Positions 1-12,999 of a DNA stretch of 35,319 nt are shown one piece after another. The notes beneath the pieces were generated by a model. That model was given only the letters and a program-made list of their open reading frames with translations, had not been told where the DNA came from and searched no databases. The DNA is taken from contig LVLI01000378.1 in NCBI GenBank assembly GCA_001687465.1, positions 1 through 35,319 of the forward strand. The letters are read 5' to 3'. The DNA is from Halocafeteria seosinensis. Its lineage: Eukaryota. Position 1 is the first letter of the stretch. Every line of letters begins with the position of its first letter. A program made the position numbers and the translations under genes.

Positions 1-834
1 CAGGAAGGATCTGCGTCGAACACGCTGGAAACGTACGAAAGCCGCCAATCAAAACTAAGCGAGAAGGACAGCACCGGATCTTCAACACACACCTATTCTT
101 GTATTGTCCCTCCAGACACACCATTATGCGGGCGCTTTGACCGGTTAACAGAGAGTACAATCTTTTTGCGCACTTTCAAGGCAGCCAACTTCAACGTCGG
201 TCCTAGAGAAGAGTCTAGACGGTTCGGGCGTATTTATTGATTCCCAAGGGAGCATTAAGTCAGTGTATGTACATGTCTACATATATCCTATCATACTGCA
301 TTGTGTTCATTCCTTAAGGAGTATGAAGTTGGTGTGCTTGCACCGTGCGAGATGCGAAGCCATCTCAGTCGAATGCTTGAACAAGTAGAGCGGTTGTATA
401 AACAAAATTTAACAGCCTGTGCAACATTTCCTTTTCACTACCATCACCAGGTGCGCGTAGGGAGATGCAGCTTACGTTTATCGCCCTTCTGTCTCCAGTT
501 TGGCTTGGACGGTGTTCGCGCGCGCCCCCATTTGAATTGTGACGGTCCGCAGTGCTTGTGCTTGCACTGTACCGAGACTTGGGTATATATACCTGTTCGT
601 TACTTGCACAGTAATTTTTGCAGGGTATTCGCTGAACTTCCTGGAATTGCGCAGATAGCACGCAACATCAATGGATTCAAGCGTTTCGCGTTGATATGAG
701 CGCAATAAATTCGTCGCGCTAATTGGAAAGAACTGTTTCTCAGCATAGGGCATTTGCTTACACAAAGGAAACAATTCACCGCGTACATCCGAACGGATGG
801 CGTTAGCGCGGGTCAACAAAGTACAGCCACGCAA
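1..834 (-). CDS. Probable multi-exon gene of unknown function running off the left edge; boundaries uncertain
   Basis: Minus-strand open stretches (AVKFCLYNRSTCSSIRLRWLRISHG, GPTLKLAALKVRKK) are separated by candidate GTATG...CTCTAG introns, and an AT-rich gap at ~860-920 precedes the divergent gene. The resemblance to a VHL beta-domain pattern is weak. Confidence 0.3.
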
Positions 835-1044
835 TGAGCCGACGCAGCGGAACTGAAGCAGAAAATTTCAAATCTGTACTTATATAACTTTTTGATATTT
901 ACGCAATTTATACGATTGTGCATCCTATAGTCCACCAGTTGCGCACGCTTATCTTTCCCAGAGTACGCATCCATAAATTGTTTCATTGCCTTGTTTGTAC
1001 CTCATGTGCATCTCTATACACCGTAACTGTCCATATACGAGACA

Positions 1045-4000
1045 ATGGAAGCTCTAGCCGAGGTGACATACCAAAATTACCGCTCACATCGAACGACAGT
1101 CATACCTCCAAAAGTTCAAGGTGACATAACCGGTGAAATAGAGATCTCTGTGCCCTCTATAGTGCCTGCAGGCAAGGAACAGAGGGACAAGGGACGTATT
1201 ATACCCCCTTCTGTCTCCCATGTGAGGGCGAGAATATTGTGGTGGGGGGATGAAACCAATGAAAGGAATGACAAACAATGGGTCGATGTTAATGTTCATC
1301 ACGCTGAGAACGTGAACGAGGAGAGAGATCCGTCGTTTACCCAAAACGCGGCGGAACGCTCGCCGTCGAATACGCTGCTGTTTCCAGTAGTGGTATCCTC
1401 CTCTCCACTAAGTCGCTACTTGCGAGATATGGTACGTAATGCTGTTCAAATTTGCTAAACTGTGCTGTCATGCTTGACTGTGAATCTGCTCTCCTGCCAG
1501 AGCTCGCTGGTGATAGAAATTGCAGAGACGGAAACCAAAGGCCGTGATATAGGCTATGCGTCAATTCCTATGGAAAATATGGCTCAGCAGCTGAAGAACT
1601 ATGAGCGATTTGCTCCGTCAGGTTCTAAAGGAAAGTATCTCCGGTCCAAAGTTGCTGCTCCGATTTTTCGGAAGCGGGGTGCATCAAAGAGTGAAGGCAA
1701 TCAGTTGATAGGGTATTTACATACATTTGTTGAGATTCGTTTGGGTCCCGTCAGCTTAATTAAGAAGCATATCGAGATGAGTGGAGAAGAATCAGTCTCC
1801 AATGGTGCCTGTAGCCGGTACACCCATGAAGAGATGGGGACTGCCCACTCACCTCAAGACAGCGTCCGCAGAGAGGAGACTGGTTTGCGGCCCTTCCCCA
1901 CCCAAAGCTACTGGGGTATGGAAGAGAGTGCTCTGCACCAGATGGATTCAGCCAGTCACACCGTGTCTACTGATAGCACGGTAGCGTTGGAGGTATCTAA
2001 ACCCGCAAACATCACTGAAGAAGTGGTGACATTAACTTCTTCCTCTGAGGTAGAGACTAACGTTCGGGAAGCTACGAGTTCCGCCGCTGAAGTCAATGAA
2101 CTCTCTTCAGTCGATATAAGCCACCATGTGGACTCCGTTTCCGATCCACATACCGCATCCTGCGTTGCGGACAGCACCACCGCAACCTACACAACCACCG
2201 TCACGGTAACTGGGACTGAAGCCCTTCCCCAGGACAATATGGAATATCAGAGCGTTCTCTCAACTGTGGAAGAAAATGGCCCAGATGTCGCGGAGCTGTT
2301 GGAAGAAGTCTCATTACTCGATCAAAAGTTTCGCCAAGTGAAGAACTCTTGGTATCCCGCCGAAGGCAACGGCCCTGCTGAAGTACAAAACAATTGCAAG
2401 AATATTAGGGATGTTCACGAATCTACATATTGCGATATACCGTACAAGGCAGAGTACAACCCCCATAGCTTGTTGAACAAGAGAATTTCCGAACGTACCC
2501 CCCGAGGATTCGGAGGTAATGAAGTTCGAGAGTGGGTGGGCTCTAGCCCCCTTCCTCAGGCGCAGTCAGCGTTTGGGCGCTTTGGCATCGGTGGCGGTGC
2601 TGGGACTGTGCAGTCACAGGTCCAACAATCACTGCAGCACGTTGAGGGAAGGACGAAAGCCTCCAATGACTCCCGAAAGGCGCATGATGATGCCATCGTT
2701 GCAATGTTGAAAGAAGATGAAGGCGGGGATGGAGAGGCGCCGTATGACTGGATTGAAAACCTCCAACAGAATTTGGCTGGGGATTCTCAGGTGGAGGACC
2801 TGCTCAAAACTGCCGCGAACTGGTGGAAAGGCACAGAGCAACGAATCAGAATAGGCGACTATATTTCTCCGATGTCATCCATAGTGACATGGGCTAAGTT
2901 ACTGAGGTCTTATTGTTCTCTCATTGAAAGTGTGCATGCAACAGTTGAGAATGTCATTATAACGGTTAGGGAAGGTAGCATCGCTGCGATAAATAGTGAG
3001 AAGAAGCATGACCAAATGAAAGGGGGGGAGGGCGTCCCTAAGCGACTCTCACAACTGGATTCGGTTGCGAGGGGCTACACCAAACGTAATAAGAAACGGA
3101 GAGCGGATGACCTGCCCGCGATTTACAAGGAAACCCTAGGCAGATGGCTAAAGGAACAAAGTTGGAGGCTGGTTGTAGAGTTCCCTCCCTTGTACACTGA
3201 AGAAGATTCCAAGACAAGATTGAGACAGCATCGGGTAGTAGGATCGCTAGCCTCCAAAGTACCTAAACGTGTTGTAAACGCTTTAAAGCGCAAGGAGGAA
3301 GAATATAAGCAGTGGAAGGACAAAGACCTTGTTCTGCTTGGAGGGGAGCTTCATGACGAGCTTATTGGGAGGCTATGTGAAAGAGGAGAAATTCGTGATT
3401 ACCAACAAGCTTTGAACGAATGGTTAAACGGAAAGATACATGTGCACCTACAAAAGTTATCCGTTTCAGGGTCAGGCGAATACTTGACGTGTGCCACTGG
3501 CAGTGTGGTTCTTGGTCCTGCACTACTCAGACTTGCCAGACATGGAGTGGAGAGGGACTGTTCATCCGTACTTGTGGAAGAAAGACTCAGTATCAAGGAC
3601 GACAAGAGCAATATAGTGAGCAGGTGTGATCTCAAGGTTACGTTTGGTGAGAGTGCCCATGGCTTGAACGAGTCAGCTGTGCAGGACCCCTTACCTATTG
3701 AAGAATTAGGAAGCCCGCTTCCAAAGAACAAAACTGATATAGCAGAGCACCAAGGTTCGGCTGACTCAGTTACGTACGTGCAACAAGAAAAAGTTACAAC
3801 TGCAGCAATCGATCGATTTGTATCAAGGATATCCCCTCTGCGACAAATGAGAAATTGTGATAGGTTACTAGTTGAAAATGCTTTTAGTGTTCTTACTCCT
3901 TCAGGATTTACCAGTTTGAAGAATTTCATCCCTGAGAACCATAACAATGAGCTATGTTGTGTCGGTATTAGTATTCGTGGCCTACGGAAGTTATCGCCCC

Positions 4001-6894
4001 GCGGCGCTACATTTGACAATGGCGAGAAAAATAGAGATGGACGCTGTCGCCTTCTAGATGCTACAGTAGAGTTCTCTCTGAGGGGGCCCTCCCCCTATGA
4101 TGGAAATAAGTTTAATGGTGGTCAGAAGATAGCCTGTTTCCCCGCTTCCTGCAGACGGAGTGGCAAGTATTGTGCAGTGGATACACCTGGAAGCATGTCA
4201 ACGGAACGTGGCGCTCTTTCTGAAGTGATTCTCTATTTCCCTAGGGAATGGTTTGAATTGGCAGTTTCTAATCTCGAATATGCTCCACAGTTGCAAGCGT
4301 CGGTGAATGCTACCGTTCAATGCGGGGAGAACGTGTCCCACGACGTTTACCTTGGCTCAGTGGAGCTGCCGCTCAAAGGATTAGTGGATGTTTTACAAAA
4401 GCCTCTGACACATCAAGTACCACAACGTCTTTATAAACCATATTGGTCTCAGCAGTGTCTGCCGATCACCCGCGACGAAGGGCAGACAAATAACGGCACG
4501 TTGTGGGTTGATTCGCTCCTCGGGACGACGTTGATAAGCAGTATTGGGCAAACAGAAATGCCTTGGCTTGCCGAGAGGAGTGCATGTAGAAAAATCCAGC
4601 ACTTGTTTATATCACGAACTTCGAAGCATCGACTACCTCCGTTCTACGGTGAACATGTCTCTTCCCTCTCCAACGTTTCTGTGTCAGTAACCGCTTCCCC
4701 TGCTCTTGCCACCACAGGTAGTGCCAGGTCTGCAACGCCGACATCCGCTGAACCCTCTCAGATCAACGTTGATGTTCCAGCCTCAATCAAGTTAGAAGAG
4801 ACATGCAGGTCGGGAGCATCCCGAAGACGTTTTCTTATGCGCCATCAGTTCCATTTTATGCCGCTGGGAACGAGTTCGTCCATGCTTTCGGTTTCCCATG
4901 AAGACGGTGCGGTATTGCAGTATAGGTTTCCTCCAAACGACGCTAAGACTGTTGTAGAATCGAGCGTAATTGAATCGTGTCGTTGCTTCAGGTCAGAAGA
5001 TAACCTGCATCGACTATGGTGGTCGAGTAGCGATCAGTCATGCAACTCGTCGGCGATTCACACATTGAACCTGATCGTTGAGATGCATCGCCTGGATCCG
5101 GAAGATATTGGAGACGTTGTTCGGGGTGTTTCCCGGGCTGTGGTTGACGCAATTATCTCTAGGAAGTTTGACTGCAGTCTCCCTGTTTCGTGTGTACTTG
5201 CGGATGAAGACGATGAGGAGCGACAGCTATTGTCAGTTTTGCCTCAAACAGTAATCGCAGAAGCAGTGGAAGAGGGGTCTAACTTCCTCGTGCAGTACCC
5301 TGAACTTATAGTGAATGGCTGTATTCAGCAGCAGCCTCAAGAACTGTATTCGGATAATAGGACTGTTTCCACCATCCCAAGAGCAACCGGCGCCACCCGT
5401 GGGTTTAGCTGTCAGTTTGCAATTTCGTACAGAGTAACGATATGCGAAGCTCTGGAGTATCCTGTAAGTGAGTCTACACATAGCTACGCTCTTGAGTCTG
5501 CAGACTTACATTCTGTTGCTTGTCAAACTGAAATCGTCAATGATGGATATTTTACAACTTATCATCCCTCGATCGTGAGGAGCGACAGGGTTTCCACCGA
5601 TGCCGGGGTCGAGCCTAAGGAGGAATCAGATGAAGTCGGTACAAAGTGTGCCAGGTCAGGCTGCTCTTGCACTATGTTCACGACCGCTACTCCGAGTACG
5701 TACACGTCGGTACACTTGCCGGAGTTTTCCTACACTGACCAAGAACTGGCTTTAAGAGAGAGTGAATGCCAGCTTGATAACTTATGTACTGTAGACGGTG
5801 AGCACCCTGTGACGTGGAGCTCTGCAGACGCCATGAGCGGGCACGAAGAGGAGTCGAAGAGTTGTAGGATAGATGTTGAGTTTCAGGAAGACTGCCTAAC
5901 ATATACGTGCCCTACTGGACTGTCTATGCAAATAGCGACTGTCGCATGTCAGGGTGATATGTTATGTAGTGTAGAACGTGAGCACCCTGCTTTATTGCCT
6001 GCAAATTGGAGCTCGGAAGACGTTCCGACCGGGAACGGAGAGGTGTCGAGGAGTTACTCGTTGGACGCTGAGTTACAGGAAGGTAGCCAGACATATGCAT
6101 GCCCTACTGAACCTCCTATGCAAACGGTGACCTTCGCAACACGTGTCATCACATCTGGCTCAGAAGCTAATTCCACAGAAATATCCTCTGCTGGGGCAAG
6201 ATATGCGTCACAGAGCTTCAACGAGCGTGGACCCCTTCCGATGGATAGCTCCAATACGTCTGTGAATTGTTTAGATTTAAGAGAATGCTCATGTATAATG
6301 GAGCTAAATGCATTGAGAACGCGCACTCCGAGAGGCGACAGTTCGCTATCGGATGTGGATTATGTGCGCCTTGAAGTTGTGGTGGCGGGCTCCATGTCCT
6401 CTGGCTTATGGTGGAAGACCGGATGTATAGCAATTGAGGGGCTTGATAATCTTGATTGCTCGAGAAAATGGAGTCCTGTATCAATGAAGCAAGTTTTTGG
6501 TGAAGTCGAAGCTATCTACGTCCATGTAAGGGCATACACAGAGAGCCGAAAAGTGAACACCGAAAACCTAGCCGCTTCCTTTCGTATCTGCCATCAGACG
6601 TACGAAGGCAACCAAAATGTTGTGGACCATTCCAGTTCTATGGTGTTGGAGCTGACCTGTCGACCTTCAGCCAATAATTCCACTCTCCATGAATGTACTC
6701 GGCGTACTTTGGGTACCCATGGAACGTCTTCATTCAAGCCTGCAGCCACCGGTGGCGAGTCATCGTTGTATTCGGAAAGTTGGGCTGCGGCAGCTTTGCC
6801 ACACGGATCATCAGCAACGACCTCTCACCATGCTATATCGTGGCTGCATTCCCATGCCGATAGAATTGCTAGAGTGTTGGCTCAACAACAATAA
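1045..6894 (+). CDS. Large protein (~1930 aa) with a C2CD3-like N-terminal C2 domain; exons 1045-1431 and 1501-6894
   Basis: The GTACGT...CCAG intron 1432-1500 joins the two ORFs in frame. IPPKVQG...VRARILWWGDE...SRYLRDM|SSLVIEI...IGYASI matches the remembered C2CD3 N-terminus (LPPLVEG...VRVRWWGE...SYLTDM.VLVLEV...IGRV). A later YLGSVELPL is C2-like. Confidence 0.65.
5782..6135 (+). repeat. Two-copy, ~60-codon diverged tandem repeat inside the C2CD3-like CDS
   Basis: ttatgtactgtagacggtgagcaccctg (5782) vs ttatgtagtgtagaacgtgagcaccctg (5962). In protein: LCTVDGEHP..WSS..QE..TYTCPT..MQ vs LCSVEREHP..WSS..QE..TYACPT..MQ. Confidence 0.8.
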
Positions 6895-6941
6895 TGTTTT
6901 TACATTGAAATGTTTGTCCTACTATCATGGTACTTATTTCT

Positions 6942-9443
6942 CTACTCTAGTTCCCTTGGAGCAATCTCCCTCCATCTGCGAAGGCGCTCCTGTCGCTCGT
7001 CCGCGGCTATTTTTTCTAAATATTCCCTAGGCAATTGAGCATTGACAATAAACATTTTGGATTCATCTATGGGGATTCCTAATTCCTCCTTCCATTTTAG
7101 CATACTTAATGCCTCTCTTCTATCCGTCTTCTGTTTACTTTCGATCCAAAGTTTCCTTACTTTCTTCGTCAGGATTTTCGTTCCAAGTTTTCTTCTGCTG
7201 TTTTGCCCTTTTAGCAAGTCTTGAAGTGTAAAAAGATTCCAAAGATTTAATATTGACTCAGCACTCCCTGTTGCTCCTTCTTCGTTAGCAATTTCCGGTT
7301 TCACTCTGAGAAGCCGTCTTAAATCCATCTCCGACCGAACGTCAGCGTAACTATGACACACGTTGTTGAGCGTGGGTAGCCGTCCTTCACCTGTGGTCCT
7401 AACAGGTGCTGCAAACAGACTCTTCAAGTTTTCATTGTTTTCGGTAGCGTCTTTCCTAACTTGGGTATCAGGGGATCCTTCCCATTGTTTCTCGTTGACT
7501 GTAGCTGAGAGACTCCTTCTTCGTTCTGGCGATAAATGAATCCTGCTTGACGCTTCTCGTATCTCACCGTTTCTTTGATTCTCCTCAGGGGCATTAGGAT
7601 CAGCAACAAAAGCCAAATGCTCCATACTTGTACGCCTCCTTGCCTTCTCGAACTTGGAATAAGCATCGGGGTTGTCCAGGGGAGGATCGGTCCAATCTTT
7701 ATGCTCGGAACCTAGAAGCTCTTCTTCTTGTTGCTGTTCGGTCAGCACATCAAATTGCCGCATCCCCGCGGCAACAGCCCTTGCTGCTAGCGCATCACCG
7801 CGTCTAACAGCGAGGACCCGTGTCTCGCGGATTAAACTCCTCATCTCGTCTGTATGGGCCGAGTGTACTATCATCGCGCTCGAAGATCGCATTGGGTCAT
7901 TTGAGTTACCACCTTTCTTCGACGAAGAATGGACCATGGTTGCTCCAAATCCGGCTAGGTTGCCATCCTCATTCTTGCCTGCAGTAGCATTTGCTGTTGA
8001 GCACAGGCCGTTCTTTTTCAGCATTTCGCCGAGGATATCACCCAAGACACCAGCTTTCGACTTAATCCGTTTTAACTCGAGTCTGCGGTGCTTCTCATGA
8101 AGCCCCTCTCGGGAGTTGTCTCTGGTAGTAAATTTATTGTATCCAAAGTGTCTAGGTTTGTGGTATGTAGATGCCCATTTGCTTTCCGATACTTGTTCAT
8201 GCCTTTGGCTGCTTCTCTTGCGAAGAAATCGCATCAAACTTCGTTTACCAATTTCCCTGAGGTAGCCTTTCAGGGGAGTATCTGGAACGTCTGGTGTAAC
8301 AGGTCTAGCCATGCATTTTGTTGAGGGGACTGTAAATTTCCGCGCTTTCCGTTCATGCGTAGAACAGGGAACTGTATCAGTATCAGTGTAATCAATATCT
8401 TGACCGAAGAAAACCGATTCCGCCTGCTCTGTCATAATGCCAGGTAGTTCGTTTGTCCGTTCTGAGTCTGATGAACAGGTGCTGACGGCACTATCTCGAC
8501 GCTCATTGTAAGATTTTTTTTGTGCCTTAGAATTATGTGCGGAAATAGCCCCCTGGGTATCCAAATCAAGTCTTTCCAAGAACGTTTTGGGGCCATACTC
8601 AACTAAGGAAGAAGTGTTGCGAGCTGCTTTATCAGTAGCGTCCTTGCCAAGTGTGTTAGAAGATCCCACAAATTTGTTCGATCGGAACTGGTTTTCGTTA
8701 GGCCCGTTGTTCGCTCTCTCTAATTCAACAATTTTACTTTTGGATGCGTTGGTCACTTGCAGCTCGCTTGAGTCGTTCAACGTGTTGTCGAGTGGAGCTG
8801 CTTGGCTTCGTTGATACTCCACGTATTCCTTAAAACTTTGGAAATTAGCATCCTCAGTGTTCCTTGTCCTTGTCCTTGTAGGGTGCCTTGACAAACGCGT
8901 ACTTCCTCGTTCTACAGCACGTATGATGTCATTCACGGGATCAGAGTTATTGCCAAGAACATCTCCCCAATTGACGGAGGAGGTCGACGGTCTCTTGGAT
9001 GAGGACCACTGTGCTTGAGGGGATGATTGTCTAGAGGTGTTCTTTTTATTTTCCGAATTCTGTTTCTTCGTCATATCGAGTTCGATCCCATTGTACGATT
9101 TTATAGGTGTTTTCTGCGCTCTGGCATAGAATTTCTTTGCACAAGTCGGAGTCGACCGGCTTTTCCACTCTGTAGAGCACTTCTCAGACAGTGAATGCGA
9201 AAGATGTAAGTTGTTTGAACTAGTCGGTGCATGGACAATAGTATCATGACAGGAAAATGCTCCGGGTATTTGGGGTAATGAGAAAGAGTAAGCTTGGCTG
9301 TTGTTTCCCGCTTCCATGGGCTTCATTGGTTCTCTTTTCCGTAACGATATGGGGCTCCTTCCACCCAGTGGCTTTTGATCCGATCTCATCGTGCGTACTG
9401 TCTCCCATAGATTAGGTAAGATATGTAATTGCTGTGTTGCCAC
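6942..9443 (-). CDS. Hypothetical ~820 aa Ser/Lys/Arg-rich, largely disordered protein; start uncertain
   Basis: 2.5 kb uninterrupted ORF with no recognisable family motif. It may start at the MRSDQ ATG or use a small upstream exon (GTGAG donor near 9515). Confidence 0.75.
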   Translation of the reverse strand: MATQQLHILPNLWETVRTMRSDQKPLGGRSPISLRKREPMKPMEAGNNSQAYSFSLPQIPGAFSCHDTIVHAPTSSNNLHLSHSLSEKCSTEWKSRSTPTCAKKFYARAQKTPIKSYNGIELDMTKKQNSENKKNTSRQSSPQAQWSSSKRPSTSSVNWGDVLGNNSDPVNDIIRAVERGSTRLSRHPTRTRTRNTEDANFQSFKEYVEYQRSQAAPLDNTLNDSSELQVTNASKSKIVELERANNGPNENQFRSNKFVGSSNTLGKDATDKAARNTSSLVEYGPKTFLERLDLDTQGAISAHNSKAQKKSYNERRDSAVSTCSSDSERTNELPGIMTEQAESVFFGQDIDYTDTDTVPCSTHERKARKFTVPSTKCMARPVTPDVPDTPLKGYLREIGKRSLMRFLRKRSSQRHEQVSESKWASTYHKPRHFGYNKFTTRDNSREGLHEKHRRLELKRIKSKAGVLGDILGEMLKKNGLCSTANATAGKNEDGNLAGFGATMVHSSSKKGGNSNDPMRSSSAMIVHSAHTDEMRSLIRETRVLAVRRGDALAARAVAAGMRQFDVLTEQQQEEELLGSEHKDWTDPPLDNPDAYSKFEKARRRTSMEHLAFVADPNAPEENQRNGEIREASSRIHLSPERRRSLSATVNEKQWEGSPDTQVRKDATENNENLKSLFAAPVRTTGEGRLPTLNNVCHSYADVRSEMDLRRLLRVKPEIANEEGATGSAESILNLWNLFTLQDLLKGQNSRRKLGTKILTKKVRKLWIESKQKTDRREALSMLKWKEELGIPIDESKMFIVNAQLPREYLEKIAADERQERLRRWREIAPRELE

Positions 9444-9782
9444 GGGTCACAACCCTTTTGGCGCGACAGCGAAGTGAACTGTCTGTACGGTATAAACTTG
9501 ACTAATGATACTCACCACTGCCAAAAACGTTGTGCAATCGCATTGTCAGTTCAATCTACAGTTTTCCCCAGCAATATGAACCAAACTAAATGGGGTGTGG
9601 ATTAAAACCGCAACGTTAACCTTTTTGATCCTTGACTGAACTTCAACGAAACAATCAATTCTCCTACCATAGATAATAAACTTAAATAAAGTGGCCAAAA
9701 ACAAATTTTCTGTGATAATTATCAGAGACGTAGTGTGTTGGGGATGATATTTATGAAGAGTAATTTAGCATTGTAGCGCAGT

Positions 9783-10587
9783 ATGGCGTCGTCGTCATTG
9801 AAACATAGAGGACCTCCTCAGGGGCATGACGAGTACAAAGCCCTCCTTAGTGAAGGAGTAGCTATCAAGGAGCAGGGAAATGAATGTTTCAAATCAGGCA
9901 AATATCAGGATGCCATAAAGCGGTATAAGAAATCTATACTCGTCACACAGTCACTAAGGGCACGAGGAAGGTCTCTTTCCATGTATCTAAACCAACAAGG
10001 CGTGGAGCCGATCAACGAGGATGTGGAGCATCAGGTGTGTATTTCCATCGTTTGGAAGGAAGGTATACTGAAACTTCTCTACTGTATGGATTACAGCTAC
10101 ATCAACTTACGGTTACGTTGTACTGCAATTTATCGGCGTGCTACATCAAAATGAATGACGGGATAAAAGCCATCCGGTACAGTGACAAGGTGTTGGAACT
10201 GGAGGAAGAGAATACCAAGGCAATGCTGCGCCGAGGACAGGGAGCCCATCTGCTTGGAGATCTGCTTAGGTAGGTGCTATGTTGTCTTCATGATAGAAGG
10301 GCTTTGGATATGTAAACTTGAGAGGATCCATTGAATTTTACAGTGCCGACGCTGTCTTAACAAGGGCGGCGAAACTACACACCAAAGCGGATGCAATCTC
10401 TAGGGCTGTACGAGAAGAACTCAAGGCGGTACGAGCAAAATTGAAGACGAAATCAAAGGGATTCGGAAAGAAGTTTGCAGAAGCATTTGGGCATTCAAAA
10501 TCTTCAAGGCCCGCTCCGATGAAAGCAGCCACAATTGCACCGACAGTAGATCCAATGATGGAGCAGGAATCCGATTCTGATGAATAG
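9783..10587 (+). CDS. TPR-repeat protein (TTC9/FKBP-type three-TPR module); exons 9783-10034, 10097-10269, 10344-10587
   Basis: KEQGNECFKSGKYQDAIKRYKK, LYCNLSACYIK and NTKAMLRRGQG are joined in frame by two GT-AG introns. Confidence 0.85.
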
Positions 10588-10605
10588 CATTGTTTGTGGC
10601 ACGTG

Positions 10606-12999
10606 TCAAAGGGGATTAGCTGGTGGTTTTTGCCTCAACTCTCCTCCTTCTTTTGTGGCTCTCCTCAAATCTGCGAGGATGTCTTTTGAAGATTTTCCAG
10701 ACGCTTCGACTCGTTTCATTTGTCCATCATTCATTTGAGGTGGAATACTTTGGCTGATCGAGTAGAAGCGAAGTCCGACCTTTCCGGTAGTTCTTCCACC
10801 TATTCCATATTTGCTCAGTGATCCATCCGCTACGGCTTTGGCATGAATATCTCGAGGGATTCCGCTCAAAGACTCATCAGAGATGAGATTCCCTGCATCG
10901 AGGCCTGCAGAGGCTCCGAGGAACCAATGTCTCAGTTGCTCCCGGATGCTGGTTTGTGGGGACCATGCGTCAAGTTGTGGAGCTTCGCTGCCAACCGCTC
11001 GAGGAAACTTATAGTAGGTGTACCCCACAGGTGTGTAGTGTCCGTCGCTATCAGTTGCAAATACGGTGATATACAGTATTGGCATCGAGGACGAGGCGAT
11101 CATCCCAGGTACTACTTGGGCATCCAGACCACACTCACCCTGCATGGCAATGTCGTCTTGAGAAGGATCCCATATCAGAGAAAATTGTACTGGATAGCAG
11201 TATTGAGCAACTGCCGTAGGCTCTTCTGTATTCGGAGACGAATCAGGGCCGGCAAGTGTTGTACCTTGTTCTGTATAGTCTACCCACCTCCATTTGCGTC
11301 TAACAGTGTTGCAAATCTGCGTATAGCCCTCATTTCCTTGCTCGAGATGCTCTCGCTTCCATCCTCCCCCTGGAGGTGTCCAAAGTTCCCAATGAACGAA
11401 CATGGAGTCACTATCAAAGTCCCACGCTGCCACGATTTCTGCGAAGACCGTAAGCCTGATGGAAGGAATACCGCTTTCTGCATCTATGGTTGGGGGTGGT
11501 GTGAAACTCCAAGCAATCCGATTTCTCTTTTCCTCCACCGCTAAGCGGTCCCTGCAATTTACGTTTCAGAATGATTTGACATATTCTGCTCTTAGGGGCA
11601 GTGGATGCTTACCTCTTCTCTATTCCGCTCATAGCAGACGCTTCCAAGGCCGCACGCGCTGCCGGGTGAGGCAGGGATACAGCTTGAGCAGAATTAAATG
11701 CATTTTGGATCATAAATTGAAATGTCGAACCCTGGAAAAACCATAGAAGGTTAGGGATAAAGTGCACGTGTTTTGATAGGAGTAACGTACTTGGCTTGTT
11801 CGAAAATAGTAAGTAGAGCAGTTATGAGTGAGAGCATCTCCGAACGCTACAAGCACCGGATCCATTCCCGTCGTTTCAGTCTTTTTACTGGATATTCTCG
11901 ATGTATCATAGTCTAACAATGTCCACACTTGTTCCGCTACCTGCTCCCGCTCAAGCGACGTGTGCTTGTTTTGGCTCGACTTAAACTTTTCAACCTCCTC
12001 TGACAGCACGCCCAGAGCAGATGACTGGACTGAGAATCCCGGCACCATTTCCAACAGCTGCTCTTCCGGTTTGGCTCTAAGAAATGCAAGCGGTATATGA
12101 TAGAGTGACTGCTCGATCTTTCCTTCTAGAAGCGCTTGCTTATCGGTGCATACAGCTGCTAAGATATACATCACGGTAGAATCATATTCACGCCTCCTGT
12201 TTGGGTTTGGTGTGGCGTCATATAATTCGCTGGTAGAAATAGCACCTATGCTCTCTGTGTTATCCGTCTTCAACGGATTGAGCTTCTGTTGGAGTAAGCC
12301 TTCATTAATATTGTCGCGATGAGTCATGGAGTATATATGGATCTTAGGCATACGTGACAGCTCCTTGCGTATCACAGAGGGAGATAGTTTTTGGAAAAAC
12401 TGTTCATAGGACCCAGCACTGGCCTGTTTCATTGCATGCTCGGATCCTTTTTCTTCCCCCGGACTCGGAAATGCGTCTTTGGCGTACATCACCACTTCCC
12501 TGTACAAAGACAATTGCATGGGCAAACATGGGCACTAAATACAGTGAACGTGTCAGGAGACTTACTGCGGTCCAAACCTCTTTTGCTGCCATTTAATATC
12601 TATCACTTGCATCATATTCTCGGCATTCTCTCCAAATGCTCCAGACGAGTCGATTCCCGTACCAACATGTGCGGCGTCTTGTATAGCTGTTTTCAGAGAA
12701 TCGATTGCACTCTTGGCTGCCTCTGATTCCTCCTCCGTGTCGCTTCTCTCTGGGGTTGAGCCGGAATGAGTGCTCTCCTGCGAGTCGCTGTCTTCTTCGC
12801 TCTCTTCTTGTCGGCTCCGTTGCTGTTGTCTAGTCTTCCTACGAATTCTACCGGGAGAGGATTCAGTTGTTGGTGTAGAGGGCGATTGCATCTGTGAAAC
12901 ATTCTCTCTCCCCAGTTTTGTCTGTCTAAGAGTCACCCTTAGAACCAAGTCATGAATTGGATCGTGCAGACGATAGTACGCTGGTGAAGCCTGGTCCAT
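10606..12999 (-). CDS. MKS1: Meckel syndrome type 1 protein homolog (B9/C2 transition-zone protein), about 4 exons
   Basis: N-terminal YYRLHDPIHDLVLRVTL and IKWQQKRF. C-terminal B9 domain EIVAAWDFDSDSMFVHW...YCYPVQF...PILYITV...GYTY...WSP...LRHWFLG...LSKYG..TTGKV. GT-AG introns at ~12565-12500, ~11790-11732 and ~11612-11553. Confidence 0.88.

Noticed and set aside
10843..11544. 233-aa plus-strand ORF and similar shadow ORFs (e.g. 3399-4019, 7672-8100)
   Set aside because: Antisense to well-supported genes and without recognisable motifs.
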